NCBI GenBank assembly: GCA_041676665.1
Contig: JBAYRM010000001.1
Span: forward strand, 1 to 62,855
Direction: 5' to 3'
Length of the DNA: 62,855 nucleotides
Source of the DNA: Trueperaceae bacterium
GTDB taxonomy: Bacteria; Deinococcota; Deinococci; Deinococcales; Trueperaceae
The notes beneath the pieces are model-generated. The model was given only the letters and a program-made list of their open reading frames with translations, made no database searches and had not been told where the DNA came from. The position numbers were made by a program, and so were the translations under genes. Positions 27,911-37,044 of the stretch are shown here, one piece after another; within the stretch, counting starts at the first letter, position 1, and the number at the start of each line of letters is the position of its first letter.

Positions 27911-30837
27911 GGTTCTCTCCTGGGGATGATCCAGCCCGTGTCGAAGATGTGGCCCAGCCCCTGATCGGCGCCCGGCGTGGTGAGGGTAATGGCCACGGCG
28001 CCAGTGCGGCTGTTCCAGGAGCCGTAAAGCGCCCAGCAGCAGCGGTTCCAGGCCACCACGAAGGTCGGCTGCAGGTTGAAGGCGGGCTGGCTGGCGTCGT
28101 TACCGGTCAGGTCCCACACGTCCGTGATGACGGCGCCCACGTAAAGCGTATCCAGCGGGCGCACCACCAGCGCTACTTCCTGGAGGCTGAGGCGACCGCT
28201 CACGACCTCCTGCGCCGCGGCCGAGTAGAGCCCGCTGTAGCCCACAGTGCCCTGCAGGCCCACTCGATCGTAAATGTCGACCCCGAAGCGCACGTTGGCG
28301 CGCCTGAGGAACGTACTGGGCTGCGCGTCGTCCTGCCACATGAGCTCGGCGAAGCCGTCTACGCTGAAGCGCACGGGACCCGCCGCGCGGTCCGTTAGTA
28401 GCACCCGGCCAGTGAGTAGCGAGTTGCGAAAGCCGTAGGTGGTGGGCGAGGAGCCCAGGGCCGGGTCGAGGCGGGTGCTGTAACGCACCTGCCAGGTCGG
28501 GCTGCCGCGCAGCGGTGCCTCCTCGATGGTGAACGACAGGTTGCGGGCGTAAGGGGCAGGCTGCGGCAGGCCCAGCCAGCCGGTCGGTAGCCACATGAGC
28601 CCGTCGGCCTGCGCCGCCACCACCCCGGGCCACGCCAGCCGCAACTGACTGCGTGCCAGCTGGCCAGTTGGCAGCGACAGCCGCTGCGACGCGTCGAACT
28701 GCAGCGGACCCGCAGTAACGGCCGCCGCCACCTCGAACGCGCTGGCGCGGTCCAGGTCCAGGTCGTGGGCGTACTTGACGGCCAGGCCCGGTACGCGGTC
28801 GTCGTGCCGCAAGGTCCCCAGCGTGAGGCGCAGGTTCAGGTCGTCCCAGTGATCCGGCGGCTCTCCGGCCTCCGGTGGGGCGGGGAAGTAGCGGTAGGCG
28901 GTCTCGGCCGACAGCTCGACGATGTTGGTCAGGCCCGCCGTGGCTGCGGCGCTGGTGCTGGTGGTGTCGCGCGGCACGCCCGTCACGCGGTCCGGCCTGA
29001 CGGCCAGGTCGTGAGAGTGCAGGACGTCGAGCTCGGAGTAGAGCCTGCCGCGGGTGCGCAGCACGAGCCGGGCGTCGAGGCTGCCGGGATCGCCGGTGTT
29101 GGGGTCGTACTCGTTGCGCAGCGTGAGCGTGATCCAGTTCAGGTTGTGAAGCAGCGTCGCGGTGCTCACGAGCGGCAGCCAGCCGACCTCGCCAGGGTTG
29201 CGGTCATCGAAGAACACGTAACCGCCGGTCTGCTCCAGGCGGAGCCAGGCTGTGGGGTCGAGACGCAACTGGCTGCGCACGTCGGTGCGGCTGCGGTACG
29301 GCAGCAGGTCGAAGCGGAACGGCGTCTCGCCCTCGCGCACGTTGCGCGTGAAGGTCAGCGACAGGCTGCCCGTGCGGCCGAACGCCTGCCGCGCGGTCAC
29401 GGCGGTGAGCCACTCCACCTGGCGTTCGGCGGTCGAGTAGTAGTAACCCGTGAAGAAGGTGCGTCCCTCCAGCGTGAAGCCGCTCCAGAACGGCAGCGGC
29501 GCGAGCGTGATCGTGTGCCCCAGCGTCGCCCGGCCTGCGGTCGCTGTGGGCCGCATGGCGGCCGAACGGTTGAGGCTGTTGCTGACGTCCTGGAAGGCGC
29601 CCAGGTCGACAAGGAAGCGCTCTAAGCGCACAGCGCCGAGGTTCAGGCTGCGCAGGTCATCCGGCTCGAGCTGAACGCGCGACAGCGTCTGTAGCGGCAC
29701 GGAACGCCCAGCGTAGCTGGGGCTGCGCACCAGGCCCGGCTCTAGGTCCACGAACACCTGAGCGCTGTAACGCCCGCGCCAGCCTTCGACTACGGCCTCG
29801 TGAGCGAGGCTGGCCTCCCACATCGAGGGGCGGCGCGCGTCGTTGCGCTCCACCAGCAGCGTGGTCCTGGGTGGACCAAGCACCTCCTCGTCGGCGTAGA
29901 CCAGCCTGACCTGGAACTGCTGCTCCGTGCGCCCCGCCGTGGTCTGGAACGCCGGCGTGAAATCGAACGTGAAGCTGCCCTTGCCCGTGTCCGTGTAGAA
30001 GCGGTGCTGAAGGAAGCCGCCCACGTAGCTGCGCAGCACGGCGCCGCCCAGGAAGAAGTCGCCCGCGCCGGAGCCGCCCGGCAGCACGTCGGCGTAGTAG
30101 CGCACGCCCACGTCGCCGTACGAGTCGGCGCCCACCACGTAAGGCCAGCTGAGCGTGATGCGCGCCCGCTGCGTGGCCGTGCCCGTGACCCACTCCAGGC
30201 GCGGCTGGCGGTCCTGCGGCCCGATCGGCAGCACCATGATGGGCAGGCTCAGCACGGCGGCCGCGCGCACCAGCACGGTCACCTCGTAAGCCACGATCCG
30301 GTCGCCCGGGTATATCTCCAGCGTTTCGGCCTCGAAGCCGTAATCCTCGATGTCCTGACCGCAGCGGGTGCAGGGGCTGAACTGCCCCATGGCTACGCGG
30401 ATGAGGCCAGGCACGCGGCTGGCGCGGTCGCCCTGCACGGTGACCGCGTCGGAGATGATTAGCACGTCGTCGCCTGCGAAGCTCTCGTCCCTCAGGTCGA
30501 TGACCAGGTCGTGCGCCTCGACCACCTCGCCCCCCGACGTGTAGCGGCCGAAGCCGATGACCCGCACGAGCCGGTTGGTGAGGTCGACCTCTACGTGGTC
30601 TGCCTCCAGCAGCGAATCGTCGATACTTACGCGCATGCCCTCGCCCTGCAGGACGTAAAGCTGCACCTCGGTGCCGTCCGGCAGGGTAATGGTCCTGATC
30701 TCCAGCCGGCTGTTCGGGTCGTTGGCCGCGTCGATACCGATGCGCGCGGCCAGCGCGCCCTGTCCCGCCAGCAAAAGCGCCAGTAACGCCAGCAGAGCCG
30801 CCCAGCGCAGCCGTGATGACCCTGCGCGCCCGGGCAT
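27907..30837 (-). CDS. lptD: LptD-like outer-membrane LPS/glycolipid assembly protein
   Basis: 976 aa. Signal peptide. OstA-like N-terminal region (LLEADHVEVDL...VRVIG). The segment FSPCTRC...YGFEAETLEIYPGDRIVAYEVTVLV...LPIMVLPIGP resembles the E. coli YTSC...W...PVPIFYSPY segment. A C-terminal adjacent cysteine pair NRCCWALYGSW (nt 28036-28041) resembles E. coli SSCCYAIRVGY. Confidence 0.78.
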   Translation of the reverse strand: MPGRAGSSRLRWAALLALLALLLAGQGALAARIGIDAANDPNSRLEIRTITLPDGTEVQLYVLQGEGMRVSIDDSLLEADHVEVDLTNRLVRVIGFGRYTSGGEVVEAHDLVIDLRDESFAGDDVLIISDAVTVQGDRASRVPGLIRVAMGQFSPCTRCGQDIEDYGFEAETLEIYPGDRIVAYEVTVLVRAAAVLSLPIMVLPIGPQDRQPRLEWVTGTATQRARITLSWPYVVGADSYGDVGVRYYADVLPGGSGAGDFFLGGAVLRSYVGGFLQHRFYTDTGKGSFTFDFTPAFQTTAGRTEQQFQVRLVYADEEVLGPPRTTLLVERNDARRPSMWEASLAHEAVVEGWRGRYSAQVFVDLEPGLVRSPSYAGRSVPLQTLSRVQLEPDDLRSLNLGAVRLERFLVDLGAFQDVSNSLNRSAAMRPTATAGRATLGHTITLAPLPFWSGFTLEGRTFFTGYYYSTAERQVEWLTAVTARQAFGRTGSLSLTFTRNVREGETPFRFDLLPYRSRTDVRSQLRLDPTAWLRLEQTGGYVFFDDRNPGEVGWLPLVSTATLLHNLNWITLTLRNEYDPNTGDPGSLDARLVLRTRGRLYSELDVLHSHDLAVRPDRVTGVPRDTTSTSAAATAGLTNIVELSAETAYRYFPAPPEAGEPPDHWDDLNLRLTLGTLRHDDRVPGLAVKYAHDLDLDRASAFEVAAAVTAGPLQFDASQRLSLPTGQLARSQLRLAWPGVVAAQADGLMWLPTGWLGLPQPAPYARNLSFTIEEAPLRGSPTWQVRYSTRLDPALGSSPTTYGFRNSLLTGRVLLTDRAAGPVRFSVDGFAELMWQDDAQPSTFLRRANVRFGVDIYDRVGLQGTVGYSGLYSAAAQEVVSGRLSLQEVALVVRPLDTLYVGAVITDVWDLTGNDASQPAFNLQPTFVVAWNRCCWALYGSWNSRTGAVAITLTTPGADQGLGHIFDTGWIIPRREP

Positions 30838-30838
30838 C

Positions 30839-31909
30839 TCAGCGCCTCCAGATGAGCGCCAGTAGACCTCCGCCCGCTGCTAAGTACAGCGCCACGGGCA
30901 GCCAGCCAGCCACGTAGGCGGGCAGTGTGCCCTGGGCGCCCATCAGCTTCGACACGCTCCAGGTGGCGTAGTACACGAACGTCATCAGCAGCACGGCCAC
31001 GAAGCCGAGTTGCGCGCCGCGCCTGAACGTGTAGAGGCCGACGGCGGCGGCGAAGAGCGCGAAGGCGGTGGCGGCCAGCGGTTCTGCCAGCTTGCGGTGC
31101 AGGGCGGTCCACTCGGCGGGCTTCGGCGAGCCCGGATCGACCCGTAGCCGGCCCAGCAGTTCACGCAGCGGCAGGTAGGCGAGGTCGGTGGCAGTTGGGC
31201 TGCGCGCGGTGAGGCCGCGGACCGGTAACGTGGCGGTTTCTGCGCGGAAGTCGAGCGTTAGGCGCGCGTCGCGCAGCACCCTGAAACCTATGTCCGACAG
31301 GTGCCATACGCCGGCGGCGTGGTCCGGTACGCCCAGTTCCGCCTGCAGCAGCTCGCGCGGGCCGGACGCCGAGCCTGGTGTGATGACCGTGACTTCGCGG
31401 AACTCGCCGGCCTGTCCGACCTCGCCGATGAAGATGCTGCGCCCCAGCGCGTCCTCGAAGAACGAGCCTTGCTGCACGATGGTCTCTGGTGAGATGAGGA
31501 GGATGTCGCGCTCGACTTGCGCCGCGCGCTCCTCGCTCCACGGCACCACTAGTTCGTTGTTGAGGAGCGCCAGCGCGCTTACTCCAAGGCCGAGAACCAG
31601 CAGCGGCGCTACGAAGCGCTTGGGTCCGATACCGGCCAGCAGGGCGGCTTTGATCTCGCCGTCTTGCCCCAGGCGGGTAAGCGACAGCAGGGCGGCGAAC
31701 AGCAGCGCGAGCGGCAGGCCCGGACCGATGGCGCTGGGCAGTTTGTAGAGAAGGTAGCGCGCTACCAGCGCGACCGGCGCGCCGCGGGCGAGCACGTCGG
31801 CCAGCACGTCGAGCAGGAAGTAGAGCAGCAGTAGCAGTACCAGCGTGACCAGGCCCGCGGCCAGCAGCGGCAGGGTCTCCCTGATCAGGTAGCGGCCCCA
31901 GCGGGTCAT
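30839..31909 (-). CDS. LptF/LptG family permease
   Basis: Start moved to ATG 31909 (MTRWGRYLIRETLPLL), overlapping the upstream stop (ATGA). YjgP/YjgQ architecture: 3 TM helices, a periplasmic domain, then 3 TM helices. Confidence 0.88.
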   Translation of the reverse strand: MTRWGRYLIRETLPLLAAGLVTLVLLLLLYFLLDVLADVLARGAPVALVARYLLYKLPSAIGPGLPLALLFAALLSLTRLGQDGEIKAALLAGIGPKRFVAPLLVLGLGVSALALLNNELVVPWSEERAAQVERDILLISPETIVQQGSFFEDALGRSIFIGEVGQAGEFREVTVITPGSASGPRELLQAELGVPDHAAGVWHLSDIGFRVLRDARLTLDFRAETATLPVRGLTARSPTATDLAYLPLRELLGRLRVDPGSPKPAEWTALHRKLAEPLAATAFALFAAAVGLYTFRRGAQLGFVAVLLMTFVYYATWSVSKLMGAQGTLPAYVAGWLPVALYLAAGGGLLALIWRR

Positions 31910-32967
31910 GAGGAGAGGGTCCTCCAGGCCAGGACCAGAGCACCAACTCCGGCCAGCGCGGGCGTGAGCCAGGCGGCCAGCACGGGTAGCAGGGCGCCGG
32001 TATCGAAGAGGTTGCCCGCCAGCACCCATAGCGCCCAGAAGCCCACCAGCAGGACGATGGTCCAGGCGAAACCGGCCGCGCGGCCGCGCACCCTGAGAGC
32101 GATAGCGCCGGCGAAGGTGGCGAAGATGGCGGCGCTGAAAGCGTCGGCCAGGCGCCTATGCAGGCTGAAGGTCAGCTCGCGCACATCGCCGCCGGCGCTC
32201 CTCACCTGCCTGAGCTGCTGAAGCAGGCGGTCAAGCGGCAGCTGCGCGGCCCTAACCAGTGTGTCGGCGGGCGAGGCCTCCAGCATGAACGCGAAGGTGG
32301 CGTCGTCGCTGGCTACCGGCTGCTCGCCGGGCCGGCTGGTCTCGGTGCGGGTCAGCGACCAGGTGCGCGCGTCCGAGTCCCAGCGGCCGGACGGTGAGGT
32401 CACGAGGGTGCCGTCCTGCAGCGAGATGAGCACGCCCTCTAGGTTCGCGAGGGTTGGCTGCCCGTCGACGGCGCGGACGCGTGACGCGAAGAAGATGTCG
32501 CCGCCTATCTGGTAGGCGGCGTTCAGTTGCAGGGCGGCGGGCGGCCTGGCGTAAACGTAGGCGTCGATGCGGCGCTGGTACGCCTCCTCGCCCCGTGGCT
32601 CCAGAAAGCCGTTGTTGAGAAGCGTGATCAGGCCTACCACCAGACCGAAACCGATGAGCGGCGTCAGCAGCGCACGCGGCGGCACCCCTAGCGAGTACGC
32701 CGCCTTGAGCTCGGAGTCCTTGGCCATGCGGCCGCCCGTTAGCAGCACCGCGAACACCACCCCGACGGGCAGCGCCAGGTGCAGGAACCATGGCAGCCTG
32801 TAAAGCAGGAGCAGCAGGACGTCGGTCACGGAGGCGCCCTGCTCGATGAGGAAGCGCGCCAGTACGCTTAGCTGGTCAATGGACAGCAGGAGGCAGATGG
32901 CACCGACCCCAAGCGGGTAGAGGCCGGCCGTCTCTCGTAACAGCGCGTGGGGTAGGCGTTTTGCCAC
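31906..32967 (-). CDS. LptF/LptG family permease
   Basis: 353 aa. Blocks LLRETAGLYPLGVGAI...LLYRLPWFLHLALPVGVVFAVLLTGGRMAKDSELKA are typical of YjgP/YjgQ. Confidence 0.88.
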   Translation of the reverse strand: MAKRLPHALLRETAGLYPLGVGAICLLLSIDQLSVLARFLIEQGASVTDVLLLLLYRLPWFLHLALPVGVVFAVLLTGGRMAKDSELKAAYSLGVPPRALLTPLIGFGLVVGLITLLNNGFLEPRGEEAYQRRIDAYVYARPPAALQLNAAYQIGGDIFFASRVRAVDGQPTLANLEGVLISLQDGTLVTSPSGRWDSDARTWSLTRTETSRPGEQPVASDDATFAFMLEASPADTLVRAAQLPLDRLLQQLRQVRSAGGDVRELTFSLHRRLADAFSAAIFATFAGAIALRVRGRAAGFAWTIVLLVGFWALWVLAGNLFDTGALLPVLAAWLTPALAGVGALVLAWRTLSS

Positions 32968-32973
32968 TGGCGC

Positions 32974-32979
32974 AGTATA
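32974..32979 (-). promoter_or_regulatory. -10 hexamer TATACT, 6 nt upstream of the GTG of the first lptF/G gene
   Basis: Minus strand reads TATACT-gcgcca-GTG with no SD. Confidence 0.4.
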
Positions 32980-33079
32980 CCGGCCGCTTGTGAGCGGAAG
33001 TTGGCGGATGTGCGTGCTGGCCGCGACTTCGGCTGCCGTTTGGGTAGTTCGTTACCTCAACGCCACCGGCTGTCAGGGG

Positions 33080-33085
33080 TACGAT
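33080..33085 (+). promoter_or_regulatory. -10-like hexamer TACGAT, 7 nt upstream of the DUF4388 gene GTG
   Basis: Sequence reads TACGAT-atccagc-GTG with no SD. Confidence 0.4.
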
Positions 33086-33092
33086 ATCCAGC

Positions 33093-33938
33093 GTGACTGG
33101 CACCCTCGGGCTTTTCTCCCTCGTCGACCTCTTCCAGCTGCTGGCCGCTGCCCGCAGGACGGGGCGGTTGTCGATCGAGCATCCCGTAACTGGCGCACGC
33201 ATCTACTTCGACCGTGGCCAGGTCATCCACGCCGAGTTCGGTGAACTGGCGGGTGAGGACGCCGTCTACACGCTGTTCGCCGACGAGCGTGGCGCGTTCG
33301 AGTTCCGCCTGGGCCTGCCGAGCCCCGCTAAGAGCATCTCGGTCGGCACAGAGAACCTGGTGCTGGAAGCAATGCGCCGACTGGACGAGGTGAACAAGGG
33401 CCAGACCCCGCGCCCGGGCGCTCCGGGCGGCGGCGGAGTGCACATCTCGTCTGAGGCCGTGCCTGCAGTGCCCGAGGTGGTGGAGGGCGAACAGCGTGAG
33501 TTCGCGCTCAACCCCGAGGAGCTGGCGGTCATGAGTCAGGTCGACGGTCACCGCACCGTGGGCCGCATCGCCGCCAACCTGGGGCTGGAGCTGGACGACG
33601 TGCGGGTGGTGTGCGAGCGCCTCGTGCGCACCGGCGTGCTCAAGCTCCAGAACAGGCGCGCGCGCACGGCCAGGCTCGTGACCAGGCTCACTCGCAAGCG
33701 CCTCGCGCCGCAGGTGGTCGGCATAGATGTGAGCATCCTCAACGCGTGGGAGAAGGTGCTGGGAGCGCCGGTAGACGAGGTGGCGTGCCGGCGCGATAAC
33801 GGCAGCGTGCTCCTCTTCGAGGTGGCGCCCATGGAGGGCGTTGGCCCGTACCTCGAACTGAGCCGCGACACGCTGGTGCGCGCCAACCTGCGCGTCGAGC
33901 AGACGCTACTGGTGCGCCCGGTTACGGACCCGACTTGA
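33093..33938 (+). CDS. DUF4388 (PATAN-like) domain protein
   Basis: 281 aa. N-terminal GTLGLFSLVDLFQLLAAARRTGRLSIEH...IYFDRGQVIHAEFG...GEDAVYTLF is the DUF4388 signature. The central winged-helix-like segment is MSQVDGHRTVGRIAANLGLELDDVRVVCERLVRTGVLKL. Confidence 0.8.
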   Translation: MTGTLGLFSLVDLFQLLAAARRTGRLSIEHPVTGARIYFDRGQVIHAEFGELAGEDAVYTLFADERGAFEFRLGLPSPAKSISVGTENLVLEAMRRLDEVNKGQTPRPGAPGGGGVHISSEAVPAVPEVVEGEQREFALNPEELAVMSQVDGHRTVGRIAANLGLELDDVRVVCERLVRTGVLKLQNRRARTARLVTRLTRKRLAPQVVGIDVSILNAWEKVLGAPVDEVACRRDNGSVLLFEVAPMEGVGPYLELSRDTLVRANLRVEQTLLVRPVTDPT

Positions 33939-34930
33939 GCGGGGCACCCGAGAACCTGGCGGCAGAGTCGCCGTTCCTGGCCTGGCGCACGCTGCCGTTC
34001 CCGACCGACTGGGCGGGGCAGTTCCGCGAGTCCGGCCCGCTGGTCGTGGAGGTGGGCTTCGGCGACGGCCGCTTCACAGTGAGGCGCGCTCAGGCGGAGC
34101 CCGAAACGAGGTTCGTGGGTCTCGAGGTGTCGTCCGGCAGCTTGCAGAGGGCGCTGGGGCGCGTCAAGCGCACGGGCGTCACCAACGTGCGGCTCATCAA
34201 GTCGGGCGCCCACGTGGCGCTGCGGCAGCTCTTCGGCCCAGGGAGCGTGGACGCCATGGTGGTCAACTTCCCGTGCCCGTGGCCTAAGGAGAAGCACGCC
34301 CGTCACCGCCTGCTGCAGCGCGGGTTCCTGGAGCTGGCTGCGGCGCGCCTGCGGCCCGGAGGCGAGCTGCGCCTGGCAACGGATCACCCTGAGTACCTGG
34401 AGTTCGCGTTAGAGCAGGCCGCTGAGTCAACGCTGTACGAGGCCACCTGGCCGGAACCGCCGGCCGACGTGTTCGAGACGAAGTACGCCCTAAAATGGCG
34501 TGAGCAGGGCAAACCCCTGCACTACGTTGTGTTCCGCCGCAACCCGGTGGAGCCGCCACAGTTCCTCGCCTGGGAGAGACCCGAAGCCATGCCTCACGCA
34601 CTGTTCAGTGGCCGCCTGCCGGCCAGCGCCCCCTTCGAGAAGCGCGTTCTGCGCTACGGCCACGGCCACGTGATCCTCCACGAGCTGGCCACTGTGGTGG
34701 CGGGCGAGGACGGGGCGGGCCGCTGGCTGGTTCGCACCACCGTCGACGAGCCAGACATCCGGCAGCAACTTCTGGTGGTCGCGCAGCAGCGTAGCCCGGA
34801 CGAGGTCATCGTGCGGCTCGAAACGTTCGGCGATCCCCTAATTACCCCCACCACTCGCGGCGCTGTGCACGCGGTCACGGACTGGCTGGAGGGCGCCACC
34901 AGCCTCAGCGTCACGGCCCGCAACTACTGA
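33935..34930 (+). CDS. trmB: tRNA (guanine46-N7)-methyltransferase with a roughly 120-aa C-terminal extension
   Basis: VEVGFGDGRF SAM motif, NFPCPWPKEKHARHRL, LATDHPEY. The TTG start overlaps the stop of the upstream gene. Confidence 0.85.
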   Translation: MSGAPENLAAESPFLAWRTLPFPTDWAGQFRESGPLVVEVGFGDGRFTVRRAQAEPETRFVGLEVSSGSLQRALGRVKRTGVTNVRLIKSGAHVALRQLFGPGSVDAMVVNFPCPWPKEKHARHRLLQRGFLELAAARLRPGGELRLATDHPEYLEFALEQAAESTLYEATWPEPPADVFETKYALKWREQGKPLHYVVFRRNPVEPPQFLAWERPEAMPHALFSGRLPASAPFEKRVLRYGHGHVILHELATVVAGEDGAGRWLVRTTVDEPDIRQQLLVVAQQRSPDEVIVRLETFGDPLITPTTRGAVHAVTDWLEGATSLSVTARNY

Positions 34931-34968
34931 GCTGGCGCAGGCGAACGGTAGGAGGACGCGAGGCAGTC

Positions 34969-35532
34969 ATGAACGAGCTACCCCAAGCAGGAACCCTAGC
35001 CGCCTGGCGCGCCGCTAAAGACGACTACCTGGTCAACCACCGCACCTCACCCCTTTACGGGGAGGAGGGCTTCGCGGGCCTCAGCTACTTCCCGGAGTCC
35101 GACGCGCTTAGGGTCGTGGCGCAGGTGGAGAGACCCGCCGAGCCCGAGCCCGTGATGCTCGCCACCAGTAGCGGCGACGAGCGCCTGTACCTCACCTACG
35201 CCGTGGCGCGCTTCGAGTTGAACGGCGTGCCGCAGAGCCTGGTGCTTTACGCCACACCCGACGCGCCTAACGGGCCGCGGCTGTTCGTGCCGTTCCGGGA
35301 CGCCACGTCCGGGCGCCTCACCTACGGTGCGGGCCGCTACCTCGAGGTGACGCTCGAGCACGAGGGGCAACACGGTCCGGTGCTGCTCGACTTCAACTAC
35401 GCCTACCACCCGTACTGCGCGTACGTGGAGGGGTACAGCTGCCCGTTCCCGCCGGCGAGTAACTGGCTCGAGCAGCCTGTGCGGGCGGGCGAGCGGCTGG
35501 CCGAACCGGTCGGCGACGCGGACCCCGAGTGA
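34969..35532 (+). CDS. DUF1684 domain protein
   Basis: 187 aa. WRAAKDDYLVNHRTSPL...FAGLSYFPE...NYAYHPYCAY pattern. SD AGGAGG upstream. Confidence 0.85.
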   Translation: MNELPQAGTLAAWRAAKDDYLVNHRTSPLYGEEGFAGLSYFPESDALRVVAQVERPAEPEPVMLATSSGDERLYLTYAVARFELNGVPQSLVLYATPDAPNGPRLFVPFRDATSGRLTYGAGRYLEVTLEHEGQHGPVLLDFNYAYHPYCAYVEGYSCPFPPASNWLEQPVRAGERLAEPVGDADPE

Positions 35533-36293
35533 GCAGCGCGGGCACCAGTCGCTACTTCACGGCTGAGCTGCCGGTGGTGCACGGCTTCAGCACCCGCCAT
35601 GGCGGCGTTAGCGGCCAGGCGTTCGGCACACTTAACCTGGGGCTAAGCTCCGGCGACGACGCCGCCGCCGTGGAGCGCAACCGCGACCTACTGCTGGCGG
35701 ACCTGGGCTTTGACCGCGCTGCCGTGTGCGCCTTTCACCAGGTGCACGGCAGCCGCGTTCTGAACGGCGAACCGAGCTGGTTCTCCGAGCAGGCCGACGC
35801 TGCCGTTACGAACGACCCAGACACGCTGCTGGTCGTGAGCGTGGCGGACTGCCTGCCCGTGCTTGTGCACGACCCCGTTACCGGCGCCGTGGGCGCCGCG
35901 CACTGCGGTTGGCGTGGCACGGTGGCTGGCCTCGCGGGCGAGGTGGTGCAGCGCATGACGCAAGAGTTCGGGAGCCAGCCCGAGCACCTCAAGGTGCTGC
36001 TTGGACCCGCGGTGGCAGGTGAGTGCTATCAGGTGGGCGCCGAAGTGGTCGAACGGTTCACGAAGGCCGGTTTTCCCGCCGCGGTGGCTTGGCCCGACGC
36101 TGTGCCTGGCAAGTACCGGCTCGACATCAAGAGGGCCAACCGCTGGTTGCTCGAACAGCAGGGCGTGCCGGCGGGCGCCATCGTCGACACCGGTCTCTGC
36201 ACCCACTGTGAGCCTGAACGCTTCTACAGCTACCGCCGCGACGCCGGCGTGACCGGTCGCCACTGGGCCTTCATCAGCCCAAGGGCGCGCTGA
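35529..36293 (+). CDS. pgeF: peptidoglycan editing factor PgeF (YfiH/laccase-domain family)
   Basis: HGFSTRHGGVS, VADCLPVLV, HCGWRGT and SYRRD blocks. 4-nt overlap with the upstream gene. Confidence 0.9.
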   Translation: MSSAGTSRYFTAELPVVHGFSTRHGGVSGQAFGTLNLGLSSGDDAAAVERNRDLLLADLGFDRAAVCAFHQVHGSRVLNGEPSWFSEQADAAVTNDPDTLLVVSVADCLPVLVHDPVTGAVGAAHCGWRGTVAGLAGEVVQRMTQEFGSQPEHLKVLLGPAVAGECYQVGAEVVERFTKAGFPAAVAWPDAVPGKYRLDIKRANRWLLEQQGVPAGAIVDTGLCTHCEPERFYSYRRDAGVTGRHWAFISPRAR

Positions 36294-36393
36294 ACCTGCC
36301 TGCGCGGTGCCCCGCCTGGCCCCAGCCTGAACGGCCCGGGCGCGGCGCGGCTGATAGCATGTTGGCCATGTTCTCCGTCGCCGATACGAGCTC

Positions 36394-37035
36394 GTGCCGC
36401 GCCCCCCTCGAGGGACGGCGGTGACCAGTCTGTCGGCTGGTCTGCGCACCGAGCCAGCGGAGCTGGCGCGGCGCCTGGCCGCTGCCGAGCCGCGGGGGCT
36501 CGAGATCGCGGGCTTCAGACGCGCCAGCGTGCTCGTGCCCCTGCTGTACGGGCCCGAAGGCGTCGAGCTGCTGTTCACCGTGCGCGCTGCGCGGCTCAAG
36601 AGCCACGCGGGCGAGATCGCCTTCCCCGGCGGCCGGCTGGACCCAGGCGAGACCCATGTGCAGGCGGCCCTGCGGGAGACCGAGGAGGAAGTGGGCCTCA
36701 GGGTCTCAGAGGAGCAGGTGCTGGGGCGCCTCTCCGATCACCCGTCGCCCGCGGGCTACGTAGCCACGCCGTTCGTGGCCCACGTGCCCTGGCCTCAGGA
36801 GCTCACCCTCAACCCCACCGAGGTCGATGCCGTGTTCACCGTGCCGCTAACGGAACTGGCCGCCATCGAGCCTCAAACGCGCGTGGCCGAGCTGGCGCGC
36901 TACAGGCGGCTTCTCTACTCCTACCCGTGGGGCGAGTACCTCATCTGGGGCTTCACCGGCAACGTCGTGCGCGACCTGCTGGAGGTCCTCGCGGGCGAGG
37001 CGTCATCGCGTCACGATCCGTTCGACCCGGAGTAA
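36394..37035 (+). CDS. NUDIX hydrolase, CoA pyrophosphatase type
   Basis: LLFTVRAARLKSHAGEIAFPGG fits the NUDIX-CoA motif. Nudix box GGRLDPGETHVQAALRETEEEVGL. Confidence 0.85.
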   Translation: MPRPPRGTAVTSLSAGLRTEPAELARRLAAAEPRGLEIAGFRRASVLVPLLYGPEGVELLFTVRAARLKSHAGEIAFPGGRLDPGETHVQAALRETEEEVGLRVSEEQVLGRLSDHPSPAGYVATPFVAHVPWPQELTLNPTEVDAVFTVPLTELAAIEPQTRVAELARYRRLLYSYPWGEYLIWGFTGNVVRDLLEVLAGEASSRHDPFDPE

Positions 37036-37038
37036 GGT
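37033..37038 (+). promoter_or_regulatory. -10-like hexamer TAAGGT, 6 nt upstream of GTG 37045
   Basis: Sequence reads TAAGGT-agctct-GTG. It overlaps the NUDIX stop codon. Confidence 0.3.
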
Positions 37039-37044
37039 AGCTCT

